Positions 23,669 to 36,200 of a stretch of DNA of 64,000 nucleotides are shown here, one piece after another (within the stretch, counting starts at the first letter, position 1; each line of letters opens with the position of its first letter). The stretch lies in NCBI RefSeq assembly GCF_048593235.1, contig NC_133620.1:294515765-294579764 (forward strand). Direction: 5' to 3'. The stretch comes from Sminthopsis crassicaudata. Taxonomy: Eukaryota. The notes beneath the pieces are model-generated. The model saw only the letters and a program-made list of their open reading frames with translations, did no database searches and was not told where the DNA came from. A program made the position numbers and the translations under genes.

Positions 23669-26600
23669 GTAGAGCCAAAATGGTAGACGTCAACAGGACT
23701 TTTACCTGAGCTCTTCCTGACTTCCCTCAGAATCCACACTAGAAGATCAAGCCTCTGAACAGATTTTGAAGTGGCACAACCCAAAAATATTTGGAGTGTA
23801 ACAAATTTCTAGCAGAAGATCTCTTGGAAGAAATTCAGGAGAGGTTTGTCTCAATTGTGTGTGTGTGTGTGTGTGGGGGAGACAAAGCCCAGCACAGGAG
23901 GCCCAGGATGGAGAGGCTACACACACCGAGAATCTACTGGGAGGCTTTTAGCCAAAATACAGCAGTGCTGCTTACTCTGTCCTGGTTCAGAAGACCAGTG
24001 GATCAGCAAACTAGTTGTGAGACTACAAAGGGCAAATAATGAGCCCTTGATTCATGCAGCACAAGGGGGAACCCTGCAGCACCACCAGCTCTAGGGCAGC
24101 TTGAGTCCCTGTCACCCTGTAGAGAAAGCTTATATCCTAGAAGCAGACTTCAACCTTTAAAAATGAGCAAAAAAAAAGCAAAAAGAGATGTGACCATAGA
24201 TATCTATTATAGAGTCAGGGAAAAACAGGACTCAAATCCTGAGGACACTAAAGGCAAAACACCTCCAAATGAAGCCTCAAAGAGGCATATGAACTGGTCT
24301 CCAACTCAAAAGACTCTCTTGGAAGAATTAAAAAAGGATCTTAAAAGAGAGAAGAAAGATGGGGAAAGGAAATGAGAGCTTTGCAGGAGAGTTTGGAAAA
24401 AGAAACAAAGAACTTGACTGAAGAAAAAACTCCTTTAAAAACACATTTGGTTGGGGGCAGCTAGGTGGTGCAGTGGATAGAGCATCAGCCTTGAATTCAG
24501 GAGGACCAGAGTTCAAATCTGGTCTCAGACACTTAACACTTCCTAGCTGTGTGACCCTGGGCAAGTCACTTAACCCCAGCCTCAGAAAAAACAAAACAAA
24601 ACAAAAAAAACACATTTGGTGAAATGGGGAAATATATATATATTGAAGAAAAACACTTCTTAAAAAATAGGTTTGGCAAAAATGGAAAAAAAAATCTATT
24701 TGAAAAATAGAATTGTGAAATAGGAAAAAAAAAACAAAATGCAATGAACAAAAGTACAACTGGCCAAGTGCAAAAGGAGGTAAAAAAGCTAACTGAAGAA
24801 GATAATTCACTAAAAATTAGAAATGGACAAACAGAAGTGAATGATTCAATGAAACATCAAGAATTAGTCAAACAAAGCCAAAAAGAAAAAAGAAAAATAG
24901 AAGAAAATGTAAAATACTTTATTGGAAAAACAACTGACCTGGAAAATAGATCCAGGAGAAACAATCTAAGAATTTAATAACACTACCTGAAAATCAAGAT
25001 GGAAAAAAAGAGCCTGGACAACATCTTTCAAGAAATCATCAAGGAAAACAATAACCAAGAGGATATTAAAAAAAAATTTAAAAAATCTACTGATCACTTC
25101 CTAAAAGAGAACCCAAAATAAAAACTCCAAGAAATATTGTAACTAAATTCCAGAATTATCAATCAAAGAGAAAATATTGTAAGCAGCCAGAAAGAAATAA
25201 TTCAAATATCAAGGAACTACAATCAGGATTATCCAGAACATAGAAGGACCCAATATTTTCTAGAGAGCAAAGGAGCTTGGACTATAGCCAAGAATCAGCT
25301 ACCCAGCAAAACTAAACATTATCTTTCAAGTGAAAAAATGACATTCAATGAAATAGGGGATTTCCAAGTATTTCTGATTAAAAAAAAAAAAGCTGAACAG
25401 AAAATTTGATTTTCAAATATAGAATTCAAGAGAAGCATAAAAAGATAAAAAGGAAAGAAAAACTCCATTTTGAAAAAATTAAATGTTTACATCTTTTAGG
25501 AAGATGATATGTGTTACTCTTGAGAACTATATCTTTGTTAAGGGTATAGGTAGAGGGTGTAGGCATAAATTGACTTTAATGTGAAAGTTTAAAAAACTTT
25601 AAAAAAGAAACTAGGGGTGGAAGAAAGGGAAAGGGGAGGTAAAATGAGGTAAATTACATCACATGAAAAGGCAAAAAAGACCTATTATATTTGAAGGAAA
25701 GAAGGAAGGGGGAGGAACATTGTTTGAACCTTAATCTCATCAGATTTGGCTCAAAGAGGGAATGTCGTACATATTTAGTTTTTATAGAAACTTATCTCAC
25801 CCTATAGTAAAGTAGGAGTGGAAAGGGGAAAGGAAAGGAGAAGGCTAATAGAAAGGAGGGCAGAAATAAAAGAGGAAAAGGGATAAGAAAGGAGGGAAGA
25901 ACTGAAAAAAGAGGGAGGGCAAATTGAGAGAAGTGGTGGTCAGAAATAAATTACTGGTGAGAGGAGGGAAAAGGAGAAAAAAAAGTTTGACTTGGGGAAA
26001 AATAGGATGGCAGGAAATAGTAATTTTAGCTGTGAATATGAATGGGATGAACTCTCCCATAAAATAGAAGTGGATAACAGACTAGATTAAAAGCCAGAAT
26101 CCTACAATATGTTGTTTACAAGAAACATATTTAAAGGAGAGTGAATACAGAGTAAAGGTAAAAAGCCGGAGTAGAATACATTATGCTACAGCTGAAATTA
26201 AAAAAAAAAAAAAAAATCAAGGTAGCAATCCTGATCTTAGGTCAAACAAAGGCAAAAATAGATCTCTGGACAGAGTAAAGTGAGTAGAACCAAGAGAACA
26301 TTAGACATAGCAAAAACAAAATTATGTAATGATCAACTCTGATGGATGTGGCTTTTTTTTTTTTTTTTTTTTAAACAATGAGGTGATTCAGGGCAATTCC
26401 AATAGACTTGTGATGGAGAGAATTATCTGTATCCAGAAGAAGGAATATGAGGAATGAATGTGCATCACAACATAGTATTTTCATCTTTCTTTGTTGTTGT
26501 TGGCTTTTTATTTTCTTTCTCAATTTTTTTTCCTTTTTTGTCTGATTTTTCTTGTGCAGCATGATAAATGTGGAAATATGTTTAGAAGAATTGCATATGT

Positions 26601-26747
26601 TTAACCTATATTAGATTGCTTGCTGTCTAGGAGAAGGGGGGTGGGAGGAAGGGAAGAAGAAAAATTTGGAACATAAGGTTTGCAAGGGTGAATGTTGAAA
26701 ACTATCTTTGCATGTATTTTGAAAAATTAAAACCTATTATAAAAAAG
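23669..26747 (+). mobile_element. Degenerate L1: 5'UTR, ORF1, start of the ORF2 endonuclease joined (about 26265) directly to the ORF2 end/3'UTR
   Basis: 5' end gagccaaaatgg. ORF1-like MSKKKAKRDVTIDIYY...LEELKKDLKRE and DLENRSRRNNLRI. Endonuclease-like gtgaatatgaatgggatgaactctcccataaaa...cctacaatatgttgtttacaagaaaca. L1 3'UTR at 26270-26747. Confidence 0.8.
24452..24605 (+). mobile_element. Young WSINE1-like SINE inserted in L1 ORF1, 15-bp TSD
   Basis: TSD AAAAACACATTTGGT at 24437-24451 and 24606-24620; A- and B-box head, CORE domain, (CAAAA)n tail. Confidence 0.92.
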
Positions 26748-29700
26748 TTCTGTCATAGTTCTTTTTTTTTTACCTGTTGAAACCATTATCTTTTTAGATG
26801 GTTAATTTGTTTCTTGCTTCTCATGTATAAGGATACTACCTAGGGGTCTGTTCTGGCCCTCTCTTCTTAGAACAGCCTCTCTTTTAGTGATCCCATTTAC
26901 TCCCATGGATTCAACTATCACCTATGAAGAATATACATCTAGCACTCACCCCTCTTCTGAGCATCAGTGTTATGTCTCCAACTGCCTACTCAATTGTTCT
27001 TCTTGCATCCATTATCTCCATCTTCTATTCCATCTTCCATAGAACTATGAGAATTTTTTTTCTAGTTACACATGTACATACATTTTAAAATACACATTTC
27101 TGTATGAATAGTGTGTGAGGGGAGAAAAATCAGAACAAAAGGGAAAAGCTTTAAGAGAAAAAACAAAAAGGAAAAATAAAGTGAACATATGTACTTATTC
27201 ACATTTTCTCCAGAATATTATTTTAACACATATGTCTAATCATATCACTTTCCTTCCCGTAGTTCTTATCTAACTGTAGGATCAAAAAGTGAGAGTCTCT
27301 CACTTTTGTACTTGTATCTCCAACACTAACATGGTACCTGTAGCTGCTTAATATTTTTATACTTTAATAATCCTTGAGACATTTGAAGTTTTTAAGCTGA
27401 GAGTATTCATGATCATATTTGTGCCTTAAGAAAGCACAAATGTTTTGGAGAGAGGGTATGGGGATGGGAGATAGTTAGACTAGAATTAGGGATTCCAATT
27501 AGGCACTACTATAGTTCAAGTAAGAGGGAGTCTAAATAGGGTGATGGTTGAATGGAGAGTAGGAAATAAATGTGAGTACATAAATTGAGTTTTGTTGATT
27601 TTTAATTATATTACTTCACAGAGGTCTTTCTTATTCCAATTTTTTTGGTTGTAGATTTTACACCTGCTAATATAATGAAAATTCAATTAATCAAGGAGAT
27701 TTCATATATATATTCTTCTTTACAGCCAGTTGGAGATGGGAGTGGGCTGCTGCAGATGCATCCAGATTGAGTAACTAGTTTGGCAGTACCCCAGATTTGA
27801 ACAATGTAGCTATTCCAAAGATAGCTTCTTCTCTTTCCATTTTTATATAGGAAGTGTCATATTTTTGTGATGTATTAGACATGCTCATTTCCTCCTTTTC
27901 TTGGGTGTCAGGATAGTGATTAGTTGAGACCAAGATATTATCTGCCATTCCTGTTTCCAGAGCAACAATTTGGAGTATAGTTGTCAGTTAAGGAGGAGGA
28001 GAACATAGGAATGAAATGTTCCTTTAGTCAAGGCTAGTTAGGAAGTTCTTATTTATCATGCCAGGGGCTATGAGATTACCTGGGCCCAGGAAATTTGTTG
28101 CTAGGCAAAGATGGAGATACCTTTCAGCTAATTTCAAGGTTGGAAACAAAAAAATCTGGGGCAATTAACACAGGTTATATGCCAATTAAGGCCAGGAAAA
28201 CAGCCTTGGATTCCTCTCTTATGGAGCACTCATACAAATGTCTTATCAATTTTTATCCCCTTGGGGATTTGATAAGTGAAATGTTAATTCATGTGGATTG
28301 GGGTGTGGAGAAAGAATAAACTTCTCATATACAAAGAAATATGATTTATTAATATAGTTATGTATAATGTGTAGCTCTTTGTATATATGCATACATATAT
28401 AACATGTGTGCGTATAGGCTTTGCAGTCTTTTACTTGCTATATGATCCTGGACAAATAACTCCACCTCTCTTAGCCTCAGTTTCCTTAGCTGTAATAGCA
28501 GCATGTATTCCACAAGAACAAATGAGATGTTTAAAATGTTTTACAAACCTTAAAGCCATATAAAAATATTAGTTGTTATTGTTTTTGTTATTAGCAAGCA
28601 ATTCATTTAGGATGAGGTTATGAAATAGGCAGTTGGAGATGGGAGTAGGCTGCTGCAGATGCTGAAATCTGCATCCAGATTGAATAGCAGTATGACAGAT
28701 TTGGGCAGTGTAACTAGAAGTTACGAAATACAAATCATAATTAAAAGGGTATAGAAAGAATTACAGAAATCAGACATTATGGAAAGCATTGAAACAGTTG
28801 TTTTGTTGGCCCTGCCACACAAGTGTAGCAGACTTATTTTTGCCTAAATATTTTCTCTTTTCTTGGCATGTTCGATATGCCTCTCCTACCCACTACTTGT
28901 AATTTGTCTTTTGGTGATCTCATTCACTCCCCCTAAGTTAAATTCTTGTTAATGTTCAGGAAACTTATATATCCCTTTATTTGATATATCTCTAAATCTG
29001 GTCATAATCTCTTTCCTGAATTTCAGTCATTTTACAATGCCAACTGTATGTTTTATTAATATCTCAAACTCAAAATGTCAAAATGGAACTCTTAGCTTCT
29101 CCTCACCCCTCTTGGCCCCAAATCCAGGGGATTTCCACCAACCTTCCATGGTTATTATGTTTTGTGTGACATCATGCGTATAATTGATAGCATATTGCTT
29201 TCTTCTCAATGGGTAAAGAAAATTTGGAAAACAAAATTTTTTTAAAATATTAAAAATAAGCACATAGAAAAATAAGGGAATGGGGAAGAGCCTAAACTTC
29301 CTTGCTTGTGTTGAGGATACCATCATCTTCTCAGTCAACAAAGTTTATGGTCTTAGCATCATCTTTGATTCTTCACTCTCCTTCACGTTACATATCCAAT
29401 CAGCAGTCAAGTTCAGGTTGATTATACTTTCATAATCTCTTCTTTTTCAGAACTTCCACTCTTGGTCCAGGATCTATTTCACATAGCTATTGAAATACCA
29501 TTTGACCATGCTACTTCCCTAGCCAAAAATCTATAATGGCTCTCTAATATGTTTTGGTTAAAATAGAAACCCTCTATCCTTAACATTTAACATAATCTGG
29601 CTTTGACTCAACTTTTTATCTAAACAGTTACTACCTTTCAACCAAAATAAACTATGTACCTCTCCACAAACTCAACATGCTTACCTTTATGCATTTTCAC

Positions 29701-30384
29701 AAACTGTCCCCTGCCCTTGTCATTCTTTACTTCTGATTTTCAGAAACTTTATTTTTCTTTAGGACATAGTTCAGTCACTGTACCCTCCAGGAAGCTTTCC
29801 CAAATCTCCTAGTTAGTAGTGTTCTTCTCTCTCAAATTATGTTGTGCATCTGTGTGTAGTGAGGTTGAATTGACCTATGGGGTTAATCCATAGAGAATGC
29901 TCAGTTGCCATTACTGGTTCTGGTTGACCAGATGGAAACTTTGGGAGCCTGCTTCCAGCTATTTGTGACTCAGGGCTTACACTTTGAAATGAAAATGAGT
30001 CCTTTTATTAGATATGGAGCTGGAAGAGATGACGACACCATGAACGTAGGGATAGACTGCCCCCTCATTTCTTTCCATTTAGTTGACAAATCATGTCATT
30101 TCTGTGGGATAGGCAGATTAAAATTAACTCCAACCTTGACTTCCATGTAGCTATGAGCATATGGCTTCTAATGTCTCTCTTGCCTAAGCCTAAGGGTTTA
30201 GACTGCTTTTGTATGTGTATTCTTATCTGGTTTTAGGAAAAGCAAATATTTATCCCACAATGGCTCAGAGGCAATCTTCTAAATGATAGAGTTCCTGAGT
30301 CAATGAAATGGAACTGAATAGTGGTAAGAGCAGAGTCCATGGCAACCTTTTTGGCTCTCTTAGAGAAAATTGGCCCTTTTTTGC

Positions 30385-30640
30385 AGTTTTTGGGAGATGA
30401 TACTAAATAAAAGTACAATGTACAGTTGTTTAGTTATATCTGTGACTCCATTTGGGGTTTTCTTGGCAAAAATGCTGGAGTGGCTTTGCCGTTCGTTTTC
30501 TTCTCCAGTGCATTTTATAGATGGATAAATGGAGGCAAACAAGGTAAACTGACTTGCCCAGGGTTCCACATCTAGTAAGTGTCTGAGGTTGAATTTAAAC
30601 TCAGGCCTCCCCAACTAGGGTGTGGGTATGGATGGTTAGG
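30385..30640 (-). mobile_element. Mar1-like SINE
   Basis: gactccatttggggttttcttggcaaaaatgctggagtgg...gacttgcccagggttccacatctagtaagtgtctgagg is the typical reverse Mar1 pattern. Similar copies at about 40250-40470, 41403-41640, 49490-49700, 54270-54470 and 56380-56620. Confidence 0.65.
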
Positions 30641-31827
30641 GAAAATAGAGGTGGATGTTTTATTCACTGTGCCACCTTGTGGCCCTAAAAAAAACCCATA
30701 GTTAACAGTCCTAAAAACCTGTTTTCTACCTTCTGAGGTTAGGTAATGTTATGCCACAGTTTCTTTTAATTTCTCTGCCTTAGTTTCCCTAAATTGTTCT
30801 ACTTCAGTTTCCCTGAATTGTTCTGCCTCAATGGCAACCCCCTTTCCTGACCATTACAACTGATATAAATTAGGACAGAAATAACTAGTCCTGACTAATA
30901 TAGCATTTCATACAGCCATAAAATGAAGATGGTGGGACCCTCTGAACTAGACATCCTGGCTTCTAGATCCTTCTAAGTTATCAGAATTTATGGTCCTCAT
31001 CCCCAACCTGTCAGAACTGAATTATGGTCCATTCCTGGAAGTTTCCATTCAACAGAGCTCTACCCCACCCTGCTTTGTTCCAATGATTGCTGAAGCCCTA
31101 TGAGAATCCCTGGAATTCTTCACTCCTTGCTGTATTCTTTGAGATGCGAGTCCAATCCAGTCCTGGGGCAACATAGATCCTATTTTGCCTACAGCACAAT
31201 CTCTCCCTCTCAAACAAAATATTAAAAACTCTCCAATCTCTATTTTGCCTCAGTTTCTCCAGCATTACAGTTTCAGCCTCTCAGCAGATTTTAATAGTAG
31301 TTCTAAGTTTTTACAGAATCCTGTTTTAAGTCCTTTTATTAAATGCAAAAAAATTTTTTTTTTATGTTTAACATTTCTTTTATATGGGCCAAAGGATTAA
31401 ATTACCCAGTTCACATTGTAACTGAGTATTCTTTTTTTAAACTTCCCCTTTTGGAGGAAACCCTTGATGAAAAAAAGGGAGCCAAACTTCTTTCCCATTA
31501 GAGGCAAAGCTTCACAGGAAGGATTTCTGTCCAAATCATGCCTGGAGTACAGAACAGGGATTCTTCTTTTTTGTTATCCCCAGGCATAAGGCTTAATAAG
31601 CTTTCATTGAAATTGAATTGATAATAATAACCTTTGTTTGAGGGCTATTCATGGCCAATTTTGTTACCTAGATGTACACATGTATAAAACACATATTTAA
31701 TCACAATAGTCACTGAAATAAAAAAGGAAAGACACTTCCTTTGTTGCCCTGCTCCCTTCCCTATTCCAGGCTTTTTGTCAAGTGTTGTGATTTTTAGTTG
31801 AAGAATTTTTTAAAATCCTCAGTCATC

Positions 31828-33229
31828 ATTGGGAAAACTGGAAATTAGTATGGCAGAAATTAGATATGGATCCACACTTAACACCATATACCAAGATAAG
31901 ATCAAAATGGGTCCGTGATTTAGGCATAAAGAATGAGATAATAAATAGATTAGAGGAACAGAGAATAGTTTACCTCTCAGACCTGTGGAGGAGGAAGGAA
32001 TTTATGACCAGAGGAGAACTAGAGATCATTATCGATCAGAAAATAGAAGATTTTGATTACATCAAATTAAAAGTTTCTGTACAAACAATACTAATGCAAA
32101 CAAGACTAAAAGGGAAATAACAAATTGGGAAAATATTTTTACAGTTAAAGGTTCTGATAAAGGTCTCCTTTTCAAAATATATAGAGAACTGACCCTAATT
32201 TATAAGAAATCAAACCATTCTCCAATTGATAAATGGTCAAAGGATATGAACAGACAATTCTCAGATGATGAAATTGAAACTATATCCACTCATATGAAAG
32301 AGTGTTCCAAATCACTACTGATCAGAGAAATGCAAATTAAGACAGCTCTGAGATACCACTACACACCTGTCAGATTGGCTAAGATGACAGGAACAAATAA
32401 TGATGAATGTTGGAGGGGATGTGGGAAAACTGGGACACTGATACATTGTTGGTGGAGTTGTGAAAGAATCCGGCCATTCTGGAGAGCAATTTGGAACTAT
32501 GCCCAAAAAGTTATCAAACTGTGCATACCCTTTGACCCAGCATTGCTGCTATTGGGCTTATATCCCAAAGAAATACTAAAGAACAGAAAGGGACCTGTAT
32601 GTGCCAAAATGTTTGTGGCAGCTCTTTTTGTAGAAACTGGAAGATGAATGGATGTCCATCAATTGGAGAATGGTTGGGTAAATTATTGTATATGAATGTT
32701 ATGGAATATTATTGTTCTGTAAGAAATGACCAGCAGGAGGAATACAGAGAGGCTAGGAGAGACTTACATCAACTGATGCTGAGTGAAATGAGCAGAACCA
32801 GAAGATCACTGTACACTTCAACAACAATACTGTATAAAGATGTATTCTGATGGAAGTAGATATCTTCAACATAAAGAAGATCCAACTCACTTCCAGTTGA
32901 TCAATGATGGACAGAAATAACTACACCCAGAGAAGGAACCCTGGGAAGTGAATGTAAATTGTTAGCACTACTGTCTATCTACCCAGGTTACTCATACATT
33001 CGGAATCTAATACTTAATATGCAACAAGAAAATGGTATTTACACACATATATTCTATCTAGGTTATATTGTAACATATGTAAAATGTATGGGATTGCGTG
33101 TCATCAAGGGGAGGGAGTAAAGGGAGGGAGGGGATAATTTGGAAAAATGAATACAAGGGATAATGTTATTTTAAAAAATTACTCATGCATATGTACTGTG
33201 AAAAAAAATTATAAGTAAAAAAAATAAAA
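31828..33229 (+). mobile_element. 5'-truncated young L1 with 17-bp TSD, just downstream of and antisense to TFR2
   Basis: TSD TAAAATCCTCAGTCATC at 31811-31827 and 33230-33246. ORF2 C-terminus MDPHLTPYTKIRSKWV... and [19 protein letters not shown]. Closely similar to the copy at 15200-16295. Confidence 0.95.
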
Positions 33230-36200
33230 TAAAATCCTCAGTCATCGAATAAGTCCATGGAATTAAACGTAGAAATGCTTCCTAAGAAAAGGAATGAAGG
33301 TAGGTAGGAGAAAAGAGAGCTTGTTGGGAGAGCTCTAAGCAAGCCAGGAAAGTGATTTCTCTGGAAAGGCAGGACTATCCTCAGATTCTCTCCATAGGAA
33401 AAGTATTGGCAGACCTGGACCTCCAAGCTCAAGAGAAGGTCCAGTGCACAAAAACAGGATTTCAAGTTGGAAATTGAATCCTCTTCCTCTGATTTTTTTG
33501 GGGGGGTTGGAGGAAGCCAAGAACTTGGGAAAGGGAAAGTGGACATAAGAATGATTGAACAAATAGACCCTCTTCAAAACGAGGTCTTGAATATGTTAGG
33601 GAGCCAGCCCCAGCCCTCTTACCCCTCAGGAGCTGCAGGTGCTCGAGCAAGGGCCTCAGAGTGTGGTCCCCTTGACCAAGGAAGATATGGCGGAATGGGT
33701 AGATTGCTGGTGACATACTGGGATAGGAAGTAGAATTCTATCTGCCACAAGGGCATAGAGAATGATCAGAAAGAAAGCAGAGGATCACTTCTCTTCTTGA
33801 ACCTTACTTTAACCACCCCATCAATATCACAGCTTTAGCCCCTCTCAGGCATTCCTAGTCATTTTCTCTTTGCCTAGGCCTAGTTTTCCCAACTTCCTCC
33901 AATAATTCCCCATAACTCTTTATCTTTCCCAAGTTCCCCTGCTTTTTTTAGAATTTAGAGCTGGAAAAAACCATTGATCATCTAGCAGAATCCTTTTTTT
34001 TTTTTTTTTTTTTTTTTAAATGAAGAAGCCAGAGAGGTAAAAAGATTTGCCTGGTGTCACATAAGGTAATCAAATACTTCTCATTTCCCCACTTGTTTCT
34101 ATAACTACCCTGACCCTCTCTCCCATTTTCCTCATTAACACTTCCCAATTCCATTTAATGTCCCCCTCCACATCCTTAAATGATCTGAGCTTTCCAGGGC
34201 AACCCTCATTAACCATAGCTCAACTCCTATTACTCTTCTAAACCAGTTTTTCCCTGAATGGCTGCAAAATCCAATGGCCTTTTCTCATTCCTTATCCTCT
34301 TTGAATTCCATTGGTTTCTTTGGCATTATTCTTTCCTGATTTTCTTTAATTCTTTAATTTTCTCCTGCCTAAGGGTAGGTGTCTTTCCCTGATTCTTTTT
34401 TCTTAATATTCTCTCTACTTCCATAATTTAATCCCTGTCAAATCTGGATGTTCCCCTAATCTCAATTTTTAATCCTTGACTCTCTTTCTCTTTGTTCATT
34501 CTTCTCTAGTGATCCCAGGTGAGAGAGAAGAAAGATATTCAAGTAGGGAAAGGAGAAAGAATAAAAGAATTGGAGAAAAGAGATGGGAAAGGGGAGGGGA
34601 GATAAAAGCAGGAAACAAAACAGGGAAGTGATAGTGGTGGGATTGGAGTTAGGCACAATAAAGGAAATGAAGATAGGAAAAAGTCAGAGGAAGAGACTTG
34701 GGATGTAAGACACAAAAGCAGAGAAGAGAAGCATTAACAGCAAAAGTTGTCAAAGAATAATACTTCTAACTGAGGTTGCTGGGGTTGAGGCTGCCTATTT
34801 TAGTAATTAGAATGAGGCTAACATGTGAATCTGACTCACTCTCATGATTCGGATATTGTACATTCGAATCAATCTTTCATTGCTCTCTTCTGAACTGTGG
34901 ATCTCCTTTTGCAGCTTCTCAGCTGACCAGATGTAGTCTCCTCGTGCTGAGTAGATCCACTGCAGAGTCAGGCCCGGGCCTAGAGAGTAGAAAGGGGCTA
35001 AAAATAGTGCCAGAGTGCTAAGGAAGTTGGAAGTATAATTTAGGGCCTTTAAGAAATAGAGAAGGTAAAGGCAGGGGATCAGGACACAAGTTCAGAAAAA
35101 TGAAAATAAATAGAAATAGGGGCAGAACCAAGTCCCAAAGGGACTGAAAGTTGGAAATATAGGATCCAGTGAAGAAATCTCAACAATGGCCAGGGACTAA
35201 TATCTAACCTTGAGATCTCCAGAAAACTCATTGAGTCTGTCAATGTGCTTCAAGATGACATCACCATAGCAGCCAAAGTCTAAGGGTAGTAGGTGATCAT
35301 GGCTGAGCCGGATGAGTAGTTGACCTCTTTCACAGGGACACAGAGGGTAAGTAGGGATGGAGTGGGACTGAGAAGAAGAGAAAAATAGAAAAGACAGATG
35401 TTTTCTGTCTTTGGGTCTTGTCATCCTTGTGACCAGGAAGAAATCAAGGCTTTTTTTTTCCCTCCCTGACTTTCCCTTACTCACCCTAGCAGCTGTGCAG
35501 TGATGTTGGCACTGATGGGTTGTACTGGGATACTAGGGAGGCCAGAGGATTCCACAGGTGGGAACTGGAGGGGAAGCCAGGTGTATAGGGGTCCCCTGTT
35601 CCCAAGTGAACCTGTTGGGGGAGTTGAGGCATATCTGATAAGTATAGAAACACAACTGAGCATCTCCCTATTTATTGATAATATATTTATATTTATATAA
35701 TAATATATTATTATATTATATTTATATAGCAATATATTTATATTTATCTCCCTGTTCCCATTCCCCATCCAGTCCTCCTCCTCCTCCATAAATCATAGAA
35801 TCTAGAGAGCATTGGACCTCATTCCTGGTCTTCCTTTCTGATGATGTTAGGGTCCTGAAAAGCAAGAATGATCCTTTGATTCCTAGGTATCCCATACACA
35901 GCTGTGTGGTTAGACAGCCTTAGCTTCCTGTGAGTATCTAGGTGTATGTCAGCAGGATCTGGGTAAATGAGGACACCCAGAGCCCCAAAGGCCTCAGCAT
36001 TCAATACCTAGTATAAAAATAAGGCAACATAATTTTCCTAAATCAGCTTGCATCCAAATTCCCAGTCCTCAGACTCTTTTGAATCCTTGCTATATCCCCA
36101 TGTTTTCCATTTCTGAACCTCAAGAATCCACATCCTGTTTCCTGTACTCCTCATATTTATTTCTCAAAAAAATCTATTTCCAGTTTCTCTATATAGTTCC

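Noticed and set aside
24452-24605. tRNA-like A/B boxes suggesting a tRNA gene
   Set aside because: Continues into a CORE domain and A-rich tail with TSD, so it is a SINE. No true tRNA, rRNA or CRISPR array was seen in the window.
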